A stretch of 61,525 bases of DNA from an uncultured Lachnospiraceae bacterium (lineage in GTDB: Bacteria; Bacillota; Clostridia; Lachnospirales; CAG-274), in assembly GCA_964624605.1 (NCBI GenBank), contig CAZUXS010000001.1, forward strand, positions 1-61,525, written 5' to 3'. Shown here piece by piece: positions 27,831 to 36,210 of the stretch (positions within the stretch are counted from its first letter, which is position 1; each line of letters starts with the position of its first letter). The notes below the pieces were generated by a model. It was given only the letters and a program-made list of their open reading frames with translations, had not been told where the DNA came from and ran no database searches. A program made the position numbers and the translations under genes.

Positions 27831-28142
27831 ATGAGTGAGGCGGTTGATTTGATAAAGGAAGCGGCAGTTGAGGCTGTGGAAGCGGAAAAACCTATGCAGG
27901 TGGTTTTCGGAGTGGTTACATCGGCACAGCCACTTGAAATACAGACGGAGCAAAAACTTATACTTCCGGAAGAAGTTTTATCTCTTGCAGACCCCGTGAG
28001 AGATAAAACGATAGTGATACATAGGGGTTTAAAGGAGGGTGAAAAGGTTATGATGCAGAGGATACAAGGTGGTCAACGATACATTGTTATGGATAGAGTT
28101 GACGATAAGGTCATGGATGGTGATGTGACTGATGACATATAA
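27831..28142 (+). CDS. DUF2577 baseplate protein (XkdR-like)
   Basis: The pattern ...P..V.FG.V.SA.PL.I...Q...L....L.L.......I.RGL..G..V...R.QGGQ.Y.V.DRV parallels XkdR. RBS caggagg is present. Confidence 0.75.
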   Translation: MSEAVDLIKEAAVEAVEAEKPMQVVFGVVTSAQPLEIQTEQKLILPEEVLSLADPVRDKTIVIHRGLKEGEKVMMQRIQGGQRYIVMDRVDDKVMDGDVTDDI

Positions 28143-28467
28143 TATTGACTTCAACAACTCAGTCATAAGCGGCTACTGCGATGATAAGGCGGAAATGAGA
28201 CAGTTCATTTACAAAACACTGATGACACAGCGATACAGATATTTGATATATGACAGGCGTTACGGTGTGGAGATTGATGACCTTTTCGGTTTGCCTTCAA
28301 ACTATGTTTGTGCGGTTTTGGGCAGACGTATAAGCAGTGCATTGGAACAGGATGACAGGGTTAAGTCTGTGACCGATTTTGTGTTTTCGATAGAGAGAAA
28401 TTCCGTAAAAGCAAATTTCAAGGTAAATACCGTTTACGGAGAAATAGAGGCAAATTTTTCTCTGTAG
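28132..28467 (+). CDS. DUF2634 baseplate protein (XkdS / gp25-related)
   Basis: The pattern ...G.CDDK.EM.Q.IYK.L.T.RY.Y.IY...YG.E...LFG is typical of the XkdS family. Confidence 0.7.
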   Translation: MTYNIDFNNSVISGYCDDKAEMRQFIYKTLMTQRYRYLIYDRRYGVEIDDLFGLPSNYVCAVLGRRISSALEQDDRVKSVTDFVFSIERNSVKANFKVNTVYGEIEANFSL

Positions 28468-28488
28468 ACGGCAGAATGGAGGTTTATT

Positions 28489-28728
28489 ATGAAGAAAAAA
28501 ATTGCAGTTGGTTCAGAGGTAAGAGAAATTTTGACAAAAATTGTGAGGGGACAGGATATTGAGCAGACAACCACAACCGATGAAGATTTTGAAGGCAACA
28601 CAAGGAGTAAAACAGTGACTAAATCCGTGCCTATTTCGGCAAAGGTGAGGGCGGCAAAAATACTCCTTGATGATGAAAACGGTGTTGAGGATTGCACCGA
28701 AAGTGTAACTATAGTGGAGGATATATGA
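28489..28728 (+). CDS. hypothetical phage protein (79 aa); weak resemblance to the C-terminal end of small terminase subunits
   Basis: RBS ggaggt is present. The ...ISAKVRAAKILLD.. segment resembles the ..K.KA.E.L.K.. tail of Terminase_2-type TerS proteins. No DNA-binding N-terminal domain is present. Confidence 0.35.
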   Translation: MKKKIAVGSEVREILTKIVRGQDIEQTTTTDEDFEGNTRSKTVTKSVPISAKVRAAKILLDDENGVEDCTESVTIVEDI

Positions 28729-28729
28729 T

Positions 28730-29278
28730 ATGGCTGATGATAAGGGCACATTCGGTGTTAAGCTTATAGACTATCTTCCGCCGGTGACGGCTGATATAAG
28801 TGATTTTAAGGAACTTTGCAAGGCTGAGCAGATTATATTTGATGCCTGTGTTTCAGGCTGTGACAGGGTGAAAAATGAATACAGCGTTTATTGTGCCGAT
28901 GAATACGGACTTGCCAAATATGAAGCTATGTTTTCACTGCCGACATCGGGAACAACAGAAATACGGCGTCGGCGTATACTTGACAGATTGAATGGAATAA
29001 AGGAAAGTGTAATAAATTATGTGTCAACACTTTATGGTAATGCTATAAAGGCATATAGCTTCAGTTCCGAGGACTATGTGCTCAGGATAAAGGTGGATAT
29101 GGATAAATACGAATATCTTGAAAGCATAAATACCTTGCTTGAGGAGCTTGTGCCTTGCAATGTGGTGATAAAAACGGAGCTTGACTACAATACGCATAAG
29201 CTGCTTAAAAAATATACACATAAGGAACTTTCAAAGCTCAAACACGGCGAGATAAAGGACTATCACGATGAAAGTTGA
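28730..29278 (+). CDS. DUF2313 tail protein (XkdU / YmfQ-like)
   Basis: YLPPV.....DFKELCKAEQ..FD and EIRRRRILDRLNG are typical of DUF2313. Confidence 0.7.
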   Translation: MADDKGTFGVKLIDYLPPVTADISDFKELCKAEQIIFDACVSGCDRVKNEYSVYCADEYGLAKYEAMFSLPTSGTTEIRRRRILDRLNGIKESVINYVSTLYGNAIKAYSFSSEDYVLRIKVDMDKYEYLESINTLLEELVPCNVVIKTELDYNTHKLLKKYTHKELSKLKHGEIKDYHDES

Positions 29279-30506
29279 GAGTATTAAGAAAATTGTGGGC
29301 GGCGGTTATGATGATTACTGGCACTATAAAGGGCGATACAGGGTATGCAAGGGCAGCCGTGCCAGTAAAAAAAGTAAAACAACCGCTATCAATTTCATAG
29401 TGAGGATAATGAAATATCCGCAGGCAAATTTGCTTGTTGTGAGAAAGGTTTTTGCCACGCTCAAAGACAGCTGCTACACGGAGCTTTGCTGGGCAATAGA
29501 CAGACTTGGGGTGAGAAAATACTTTAAATGCAGACTCTCACCCCTTGAAATAGAATACATTCCCACGGGACAGAAAATATATTTCAGAGGTCTTGATGAC
29601 CCTTTGAAAATTACTTCCATAACAGTTAAAACGGGTTGCCTGTGTTGGCTGTGGATAGAGGAGGCTTATGAAATTTCGGATGAGGGTGATTTTAATATGC
29701 TTGATGAAAGTATAAGAGGATACGTGCCCGACGGACTTTTCAAGCAGATAACGGTTACTCTCAATCCGTGGAATGAAAGACACTGGATAAAAAGACGATT
29801 CTTTGATGTAAGTTCGGATGATATACTGGCTAAAAGTACGGATTACCGCTGCAATGAATTTTTGGATGCTGCCGATTTGAGGGTGTTTGAGGATATGAAG
29901 AAAAACAACCCGAGAAGATATCAAGTTGCGGGGCTTGGAAATTGGGGTATATCCGAGGGTTTGGTTTACGAAAATTGGCACGAGGAGGATTTCAATATTG
30001 ATGAGGTCAAAAAAATATCGGGTGCAAAAACGGTATTCGGCTTGGATTTCGGTTATGTAAATGACCCTACGGCACTTTTTTGCGGTGTGGCAGACGAAAA
30101 AGAAAAAAAGCTTTATGTGTTTGATGAGCTTTACGAAAAGGCATTGAGCAATGAAGAAATATACGAAAGAATATTCAAAATGGGATATTCAAAGGAAAAA
30201 ATAAGAGCCGACTGCGCCGAACCCAAAAGCATAGACCGCTTGCGTGATTTGGGCTTGAAGGGCATAAGGGCGGCAAGAAAGGGCAAGGACAGTATACTAA
30301 ACGGCATTGACTATATACAGGATTACGAAATTGTAATTTCAAAAAAATGCAGCAATTTCTCAAATGAAATAAGCAACTATACATGGGATAAGGATAAAGA
30401 GGGAAGAACAATAAATAAACCATTGGACGAGTTTAATCATCTTATGGATGCAATGCGATATGGCATGGAGGAATTGATACGTGGTGAAAATTTGAGTTTT
30501 GAATAA
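29268..30506 (+). CDS. terminase large subunit, PBSX family (atypical Walker A)
   Basis: The Walker B-like motif WLWIEEA and the nuclease motifs FGLDFGY.NDPTA and NHLMDAMRYG are present. The Walker A position reads GSRASKKS where GGRGSGKS would be expected. Confidence 0.8.
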   Translation: MKVESIKKIVGGGYDDYWHYKGRYRVCKGSRASKKSKTTAINFIVRIMKYPQANLLVVRKVFATLKDSCYTELCWAIDRLGVRKYFKCRLSPLEIEYIPTGQKIYFRGLDDPLKITSITVKTGCLCWLWIEEAYEISDEGDFNMLDESIRGYVPDGLFKQITVTLNPWNERHWIKRRFFDVSSDDILAKSTDYRCNEFLDAADLRVFEDMKKNNPRRYQVAGLGNWGISEGLVYENWHEEDFNIDEVKKISGAKTVFGLDFGYVNDPTALFCGVADEKEKKLYVFDELYEKALSNEEIYERIFKMGYSKEKIRADCAEPKSIDRLRDLGLKGIRAARKGKDSILNGIDYIQDYEIVISKKCSNFSNEISNYTWDKDKEGRTINKPLDEFNHLMDAMRYGMEELIRGENLSFE

Positions 30507-30524
30507 AATATACAAAATAGCACT

Positions 30525-30583
30525 GAAAAAAGGGGCTGTACGTAAATGTGCATTACACATTTACGACAGCCCCATAATTTTTT
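30525..30583. terminator. strong bidirectional rho-independent terminator
   Basis: A stem of about 18 bp, ggggctgtacgtaaatgtg / cacatttacgacagcccc, is flanked by A6 and T6 runs between the convergent terminase and hydrogenase genes. Confidence 0.85.
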
Positions 30584-32063
30584 AGTGTTTATGGATATTA
30601 AGTTCAGCCATACCCTTTTCTGTTGAGTTGGCGATGATTTCTGTGTTTTTGTTATCGGCGTACTTGTCGAATACTTTCTTGCTGACAGGAAGTTCCTGAA
30701 TTCTGCCGGGGCCGTTTACACAGCCGCCTTCGCAAGCCATACCCTCGATGATATCTTCGGGAAGTCTGCCGACTTTGAGCAATGTGAGTGCCTTTTTACA
30801 CTCAGCCGCACCACTGCACTTGCAAGCCTTAAATTCATCGTCTATGCCCTTTTCGCTTATAACTTTCATTACAGCCGCAGACACACCGCCGCTTCTTGCA
30901 AAGCCCTTGCCGTAGAGTGTTGCATCTTCGTTTGCATCTTCAAAGTCCTCGGGATTGATACCCTTAACATTGAACATAACCTTAAGCTCTTCAAATGTGA
31001 TAGCCGCATTTATTTCACCGAGATACTGTGAAACAACTTCGTTTTTCTTTGCTATACAAGGACCTATGAATACTATATCCGCACACGGGTCTTTGGATTG
31101 AATAAGTCTTGCTGCCGCAACCATAGGTGAAACCATTGTTGAAACATTGTCCGCAAGGGTAGGGAAGTGCTTCTTTACAAGGTTTACAAAGGCAGGACAG
31201 CAGGAAGTTGTCATCTTTTTGCCTTCAGCTTTGTTCTTTACAAGTTCCTCAGCCTCTCTCCAAGCAACGGCATCCGCACCGAGTGCCGCCTCGTATACAT
31301 CATAGAAACCGAGTGCCTTTACAGCAGCCTTTATTGCTTTTACGCTTGCTGTGCCGAACTGACCTTCAATGGCAGGTGCAACCATGGCATAGGTTTTTGT
31401 ACTTGTATCTCTCAATGAGTTGATTACGTTTGTCATAAGTGACACATCGGAAATAGCACCGAAAGGACAACCGAGTACGCACTGACCGCAGTTGATGCAC
31501 TTGTTTTCATCGATGAGTGCAAGGTCGTTATCGTCCATTGTTACCGCATCAACAGGACAAGCTCTCTTACATGGTCTTTCCATATCGAGGATAGCGCCGT
31601 AAGGACAAGCCTTTGCACAGGCACCGCACTTTTTACATTTTGTTTTATCTATAAATGCGCCGTTAGGTGTTCTTGTGATAGCACCGAACTTACAAGCCTT
31701 TATACACTTGTGTGCTATACAGTTGTGGCAGTTGCTTGTAACTGTGAATCTGTCAAGAGGACAGCCCTCACAAGCCGCTGAAATAACGTGCACAATCTGT
31801 GTGTTATCTGTTTTCTTGTAGTGAAGATGTTCGGGCAAACGTCCCATAGCCATTCTCACTCTTTGACGCATAATTTCACGCTCTCTGTAAACACAGCAAC
31901 GGAAACGTGGTTTCACGGGGTCTGTCAATTCATAAGGTATTTCGTTGCACTTTTCATCAAGTGTGCCTTCAAAACCGTATTTTGCAACCTTTGCAAGAAC
32001 AGCCTGTTTGATTTGATTGACATCCTCTATGTCATCAAGTAAATTGTAGTTTTCGTTTTCCAT
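30582..32063 (-). CDS. catalytic-type [FeFe] hydrogenase with N-terminal multi-ferredoxin region (group B-like)
   Basis: Canonical H-cluster motifs TTSCCPAF, GPCIAKKNE and EGMACEGGCVNGPG are present, with several CxxCxxCxxxCP motifs upstream. The start is taken at MENENY, preceded by agaggt. Confidence 0.85.
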   Translation of the reverse strand: MENENYNLLDDIEDVNQIKQAVLAKVAKYGFEGTLDEKCNEIPYELTDPVKPRFRCCVYREREIMRQRVRMAMGRLPEHLHYKKTDNTQIVHVISAACEGCPLDRFTVTSNCHNCIAHKCIKACKFGAITRTPNGAFIDKTKCKKCGACAKACPYGAILDMERPCKRACPVDAVTMDDNDLALIDENKCINCGQCVLGCPFGAISDVSLMTNVINSLRDTSTKTYAMVAPAIEGQFGTASVKAIKAAVKALGFYDVYEAALGADAVAWREAEELVKNKAEGKKMTTSCCPAFVNLVKKHFPTLADNVSTMVSPMVAAARLIQSKDPCADIVFIGPCIAKKNEVVSQYLGEINAAITFEELKVMFNVKGINPEDFEDANEDATLYGKGFARSGGVSAAVMKVISEKGIDDEFKACKCSGAAECKKALTLLKVGRLPEDIIEGMACEGGCVNGPGRIQELPVSKKVFDKYADNKNTEIIANSTEKGMAELNIHKH

Positions 32064-32131
32064 ATCATTACCTCTTTCTGTGTACGTCCGCACAGGGCGA
32101 ACCAAGTTAAAAAACGGGGTAGTTTTTTGTA

Positions 32132-33319
32132 TCAATAATATTTTCTTGTAACTGTCTTGCCGTGCTCATTCATTATTGAAAAAAGCTCGTCAAGTATAAT
32201 CATTTTAATACTTAAATCTATAGGTAAATTCGGATTTTGGTGAGCCGGGTTTACCGTTTGCCCCACAAACATATTAAGGTGGGTACATTCCTCAACCAGC
32301 ATTTTGGCAATTTGAGCCGCTCCGTTGGGTTGCTCCAATTTCCTTAAAACGGTTATATCGGTTGGATTTTGGTAGTATTCCTTTATTATGTCAACCGCTC
32401 TTTTGAGTGTTATGACACCCTCCGTCACCAAATCTATGCCGGGCATTTGCGCCGTGGGCGGTATTTCGGGGTCGAAATAGTCCAAACTCGGCATAAGGGG
32501 AACACCCAGTTCTCGGCTGACTATTGAAGCGGAACTGCCGCCACAGACAATTTTTTTGCCCTCGGGTATCATAAAATCGGTAACAACCCTTGAATCTTCG
32601 CTTTTATCCGTGGGTGGGCCGCTGTAAAGACTGACCTCCATTTTGGGAGTAATCCTTATTGTTGCCATTGTGGTGTCATCACCCGGTTTGTTCATATAAA
32701 GCTGACGACAGGTTTCACCGAGCATATTTGTGAGCCTTGCCGCAGTTATGCCGGGTTTTACACGGCTTGTGACATACTTGCTCACGTTGTTCCAACCCCA
32801 ACCGAGGTTCATAAGGTTGCCTATTCCCGCAAACACAACACCGTCACTTAAAATCGTCAACACGTCATCGTTTTGAACCTTAAAGCGGGCTTCCTTTATC
32901 TGCTTGCCTGCAACCTCTCTTATGTTGTAATCTATCTTTTGCAATTCACCGTTACGTACAAAAATGCAATCGGGACTATCAAATTCCACAAGGTAACATT
33001 CACCGTCAAAGCCGATTTGAAGTATTATGAATGTGGAATATGCAACCTTACGCACGTTGCAAACAGGCAGGGTATGCACTATTGTGTCTACGGTATCTTC
33101 AATGCTTGCACCCTCATACATCATTGTGGAAATGATTTTTGAAGTGAGCGTTGAAAGTATGTTTGCCTTAACGCCGCTGCCAAGTCCGTCCGATAGCACA
33201 ACAATATAACAACTGTCGTTTTTTGTTATTTCAACTCTGTCACCGCAAAGTTCTTCATTGTATTTTATTATGCTTTTGTAGGTGGCATCAACATATATTC
33301 TGTTTTGTGTGCTTTCCAA
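32132..33319 (-). CDS. SpoIIE-family (PP2C-like) protein serine/threonine phosphatase
   Basis: The N-terminal ...ELCGDRVE........VVLSDGLGSGVKANILS pattern is typical of SpoIIE/PP2C-like phosphatases co-located with sensory hydrogenases. Confidence 0.75.
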   Translation of the reverse strand: MESTQNRIYVDATYKSIIKYNEELCGDRVEITKNDSCYIVVLSDGLGSGVKANILSTLTSKIISTMMYEGASIEDTVDTIVHTLPVCNVRKVAYSTFIILQIGFDGECYLVEFDSPDCIFVRNGELQKIDYNIREVAGKQIKEARFKVQNDDVLTILSDGVVFAGIGNLMNLGWGWNNVSKYVTSRVKPGITAARLTNMLGETCRQLYMNKPGDDTTMATIRITPKMEVSLYSGPPTDKSEDSRVVTDFMIPEGKKIVCGGSSASIVSRELGVPLMPSLDYFDPEIPPTAQMPGIDLVTEGVITLKRAVDIIKEYYQNPTDITVLRKLEQPNGAAQIAKMLVEECTHLNMFVGQTVNPAHQNPNLPIDLSIKMIILDELFSIMNEHGKTVTRKYY

Positions 33320-33333
33320 CTCAATCAGCCCCT

Positions 33334-35061
33334 TTATTGAACCTCATCTTTGGCTATAAGATTTTTAAGCCTGTTAAGAGTAACCTTTGTTTCGGCGGTT
33401 GTTTCGCCCAAAAGACTTGCTATCTGCTGTGCAACAACCATCTGCTTGTCAATAACTTTCTGTGCCATTTCAACACTTTCAAGTTTGATTTGCATAAGTG
33501 ATTTGAGTTCTGCTTCTTCGGCAGTCACATCTTTTATTATAGCTATTGCCATATTTCTGTCTGCGGAATAAACTATTGTTTGTTCCGTGACAATTCCCAA
33601 GTCATCATATCTGACTTTTTTATCATATATACTGCTCTTGTTTGTTATAACCTGTTCAAAGTCTGCCGTTTCAATAAATTCGGACAGTCTTTTGTTGAGT
33701 GCTTCGTTTCTTGTTATGCCGAAAAGCTTTTGTGCAGCTACGTTAAATTCACGTATGTGCATATCGGCATCAACTGCAATTATGTAGTTTGGTGTAACGC
33801 TGAGTGTTACGTTTGCCATAGCCTGACTTATATCCGTCATATAAGGCATACACATATTAAGCTCCGCCTTGTTTTGATATACGGCTATTGCCTTTTCACG
33901 GCAAGTCGGGTAGCCGCAACTGCCGCAGTTTAATTCCTGTGCACGGCTGCTTTTGCCTATCTGCGTGAGTATGGCACGTATTGTTTCTTCACTCGGGATA
34001 TCCTGCTCTACGGGGTCGGGAGTGAACTGCCTTGAAATATCACCCGTTTCAACAACCTCGGGCTCAACAGCCTCATCGGCATAGTTGTTTATGGTAATGC
34101 CTGCTTTGTAGCCGACATTTCTTATAGCCATGAACGGACCATGTGAACAGCCGCCGTAGCATGAATTTGCTTCTATGAAAGCGTGGCGAATACTGCCCTT
34201 GCTTACCTCTTCAAGCAGATTGACAACATTTCTCAAACCGCTTACGCCAACAAGGTCAAAATCACCTATTCTCTCTGTTGCTGTGTCCTTGCCGCCGTTT
34301 TCCTTGTATTTATGGAGCATATCGTGTATTGTGCCGCCCACAACGGGATATATTCTGGAATAACCGGCACTTTTATCAAAAGGTACAACCTCGCACTCGG
34401 TAGGCATAACCTTTTTGTCCATCAACCATTGTCTTAATTGATTGAATGTCAACATACCATCGGCATATTCGGGATTATCGTCCACTTCCTTTATTCTTGA
34501 AAGACAGGAGTCAATCACGATAACCTTTGTATCTTTGCCTCTTTCCTGTTTTATGAGTTTTCCGTGCACCATCAATGGTGAAAGCACGGGTGCAAGGTAG
34601 GGTATGAGCTGCGGATAATATTTTTCCACAAGCATATTTACGGCAGGGCAAGATGAGGAAATTATGTTTTCCTGTTTTCCGCTCTCGATGAGCTTTATGT
34701 ATTCCTCGCTTACATAGCGAGCGCCTATTGCCGTTTCTTCAACATAGTCAAAGCCCAATTCTTTGAGGCTTGCCACAAGTGCTTTGGCATTTTCACCAAA
34801 GGCAACAACATAACTCGGAGCAAGGCTGACAACCGTTGTTATATCGGGGTCTGCAACCCATTGCTTGATTTTTGTTATATCATTGTCAATCTTTTTTGCC
34901 CCCTGAGGGCAGGTGGTAATACACCTGCCGCAGAGTATGCACATATCCTCAAGTATTTCTACTTTTTCATTTTCGTATTTTATGGATTTGACCGCACAAT
35001 TTTTAAGGCATTTATAGCAGTTTTTGCAGTTTGCCTTTCTGACTTTTATGTAGGTGCTCAT
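33334..35061 (-). CDS. hydS: putative sensory [FeFe] hydrogenase HydS (group C-like) with PAS domain
   Basis: An N-terminal 2x[4Fe-4S] region is present. The H-domain motifs are altered: SSSCPAV instead of TSCCP, DSCLSR instead of MPCxxK, and EANSCYGGCSHGP. An extra CGSCGYPTC...C cluster motif follows, then a PAS-like segment and a coiled coil. The start is at 35061 (ATG) or 35070 (TTG). Confidence 0.75.
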   Translation of the reverse strand: MSTYIKVRKANCKNCYKCLKNCAVKSIKYENEKVEILEDMCILCGRCITTCPQGAKKIDNDITKIKQWVADPDITTVVSLAPSYVVAFGENAKALVASLKELGFDYVEETAIGARYVSEEYIKLIESGKQENIISSSCPAVNMLVEKYYPQLIPYLAPVLSPLMVHGKLIKQERGKDTKVIVIDSCLSRIKEVDDNPEYADGMLTFNQLRQWLMDKKVMPTECEVVPFDKSAGYSRIYPVVGGTIHDMLHKYKENGGKDTATERIGDFDLVGVSGLRNVVNLLEEVSKGSIRHAFIEANSCYGGCSHGPFMAIRNVGYKAGITINNYADEAVEPEVVETGDISRQFTPDPVEQDIPSEETIRAILTQIGKSSRAQELNCGSCGYPTCREKAIAVYQNKAELNMCMPYMTDISQAMANVTLSVTPNYIIAVDADMHIREFNVAAQKLFGITRNEALNKRLSEFIETADFEQVITNKSSIYDKKVRYDDLGIVTEQTIVYSADRNMAIAIIKDVTAEEAELKSLMQIKLESVEMAQKVIDKQMVVAQQIASLLGETTAETKVTLNRLKNLIAKDEVQ

Positions 35062-35086
35062 ATTTATCAATCCTCCCTACAACAGA

Positions 35087-35329
35087 TTATAAATTTTCCA
35101 AAACCTCTGTTTTGAAAAATTCGTCAACGTTATATTCCGTTACGGTTGAAACTTTATCGTTTACCTTTACGCTGACACCGTCGTTTCCGCAAAGTCCCAT
35201 ACAAAATGAACCTTTCAAAACAACCTTATCTTGTACGGAATTTTTTTCTATAAGTGCATTAAGCTTATCTATAACAGCTTTTGAATTTTTAAGATGGCAA
35301 GAACTGCCGACACAAACAAAAATTTCCAT
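35087..35329 (-). CDS. thioredoxin-like [2Fe-2S] ferredoxin (NuoE/HndA-like, 80 aa)
   Basis: The pattern VCVGSSCHLKNS.....L.........V.L.GSFCMGLC is that of the thioredoxin-like 2Fe-2S fold. Confidence 0.75.
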   Translation of the reverse strand: MEIFVCVGSSCHLKNSKAVIDKLNALIEKNSVQDKVVLKGSFCMGLCGNDGVSVKVNDKVSTVTEYNVDEFFKTEVLENL

Positions 35330-35600
35330 GTATTCACCTCCAAATTAAGATATAACTTCGTCAATTCAAAATCAAAAATTTTTATTGATTTTAAAATAGC
35401 AAGCAAGCTTGCATTTTAGCCAAGTAAGTTATATTATATATTATAGATATTTTTTTGTCAATCTTTTTTAGGCAATGAAATTGCTTAACTTAGTCTGTCA
35501 AAAAAACAAAGTTATATTTTTTGTGCACAAGCACATGAAATTGTTTTTTGTAAGAAATGAAAGCATTTCTTGCAAGCGAGTTGATTTATCGACTCCCTGC

Positions 35601-36062
35601 TCATTTTTTCTTCTCTTTCAGCAACTTTGCAAGTTCGTCCATAAAGCTATCCAAATCCTGAAATTTTCTGTATACGGAGGCAAACCTCACGTATGCAATT
35701 TCGTCCAGATTTTTAAGCTTTTCCATAACCATACTGCCTATTTCTTTGCTTTCTATTTCTCTTTTCATAGAGTTCATTATAGAGTTTTCAATTTCGGAAA
35801 CAAGCTGTTCCATTTGCTCAACGGAAATTGGTCGCTTGTTGCAACTCATCATAACACCCTTTAAAATTTTGTCCCTGTCAAAGGTTTCCCTTGTGCTGTC
35901 GCTTTTTATAACGGCAAGAGGAATGGTATCTATTCTTTCGTAAGTTGTAAAACGCTCACCGCATTTTTCGCAGTAGCGACGGCGACGTATGGCGGCATTA
36001 TCCTCCATATTTCTGGTATCTATTACCTTTGTGTCATCGTTGTCACAAAACGGACATTTCAT
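35601..36062 (-). CDS. nrdR: transcriptional repressor NrdR
   Basis: The zinc ribbon MKCPFCDNDDTKVIDTR......IRRRR.C..C..RFTTYE and an ATP-cone are present. Confidence 0.95.
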   Translation of the reverse strand: MKCPFCDNDDTKVIDTRNMEDNAAIRRRRYCEKCGERFTTYERIDTIPLAVIKSDSTRETFDRDKILKGVMMSCNKRPISVEQMEQLVSEIENSIMNSMKREIESKEIGSMVMEKLKNLDEIAYVRFASVYRKFQDLDSFMDELAKLLKEKKK

Positions 36063-36210
36063 TCCTAACACCTCCCGATTTTCACTTATATTTATTATAT
36101 AATATTTTTATTGCTCTTGCAAGCATAACCACAAAAATAAAGTACAAAAAAAGTGTACAAAACATTGAATGATTTTGATGTTTGTGATACAATGTACAAG
36201 AGGTGATAAT

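Larger units (their letters stand above)
17495..30506 (+). mobile_element. phage-derived structural cassette (head + contractile tail) without integrase, regulation, replication or lysis modules; a cryptic or domesticated phage-like element
   Basis: 18 co-directional ORFs, counting the -1 frameshift extension, are packed with small gaps or overlaps. Most have recognisable SPP1/PBSX-type structural signatures (see the individual CDS entries). The cassette is bounded by rfbD on the left and by a strong terminator plus a hydrogenase gene on the right. Confidence 0.8.

Noticed and set aside
17495-30506. An intact, inducible integrated prophage
   Set aside because: No integrase or recombinase, repressor, replication, lysis, connector or tape-measure genes were found, and no att-like flanking repeats were seen. 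At 13 kb it is far below the size of a complete myovirus genome.
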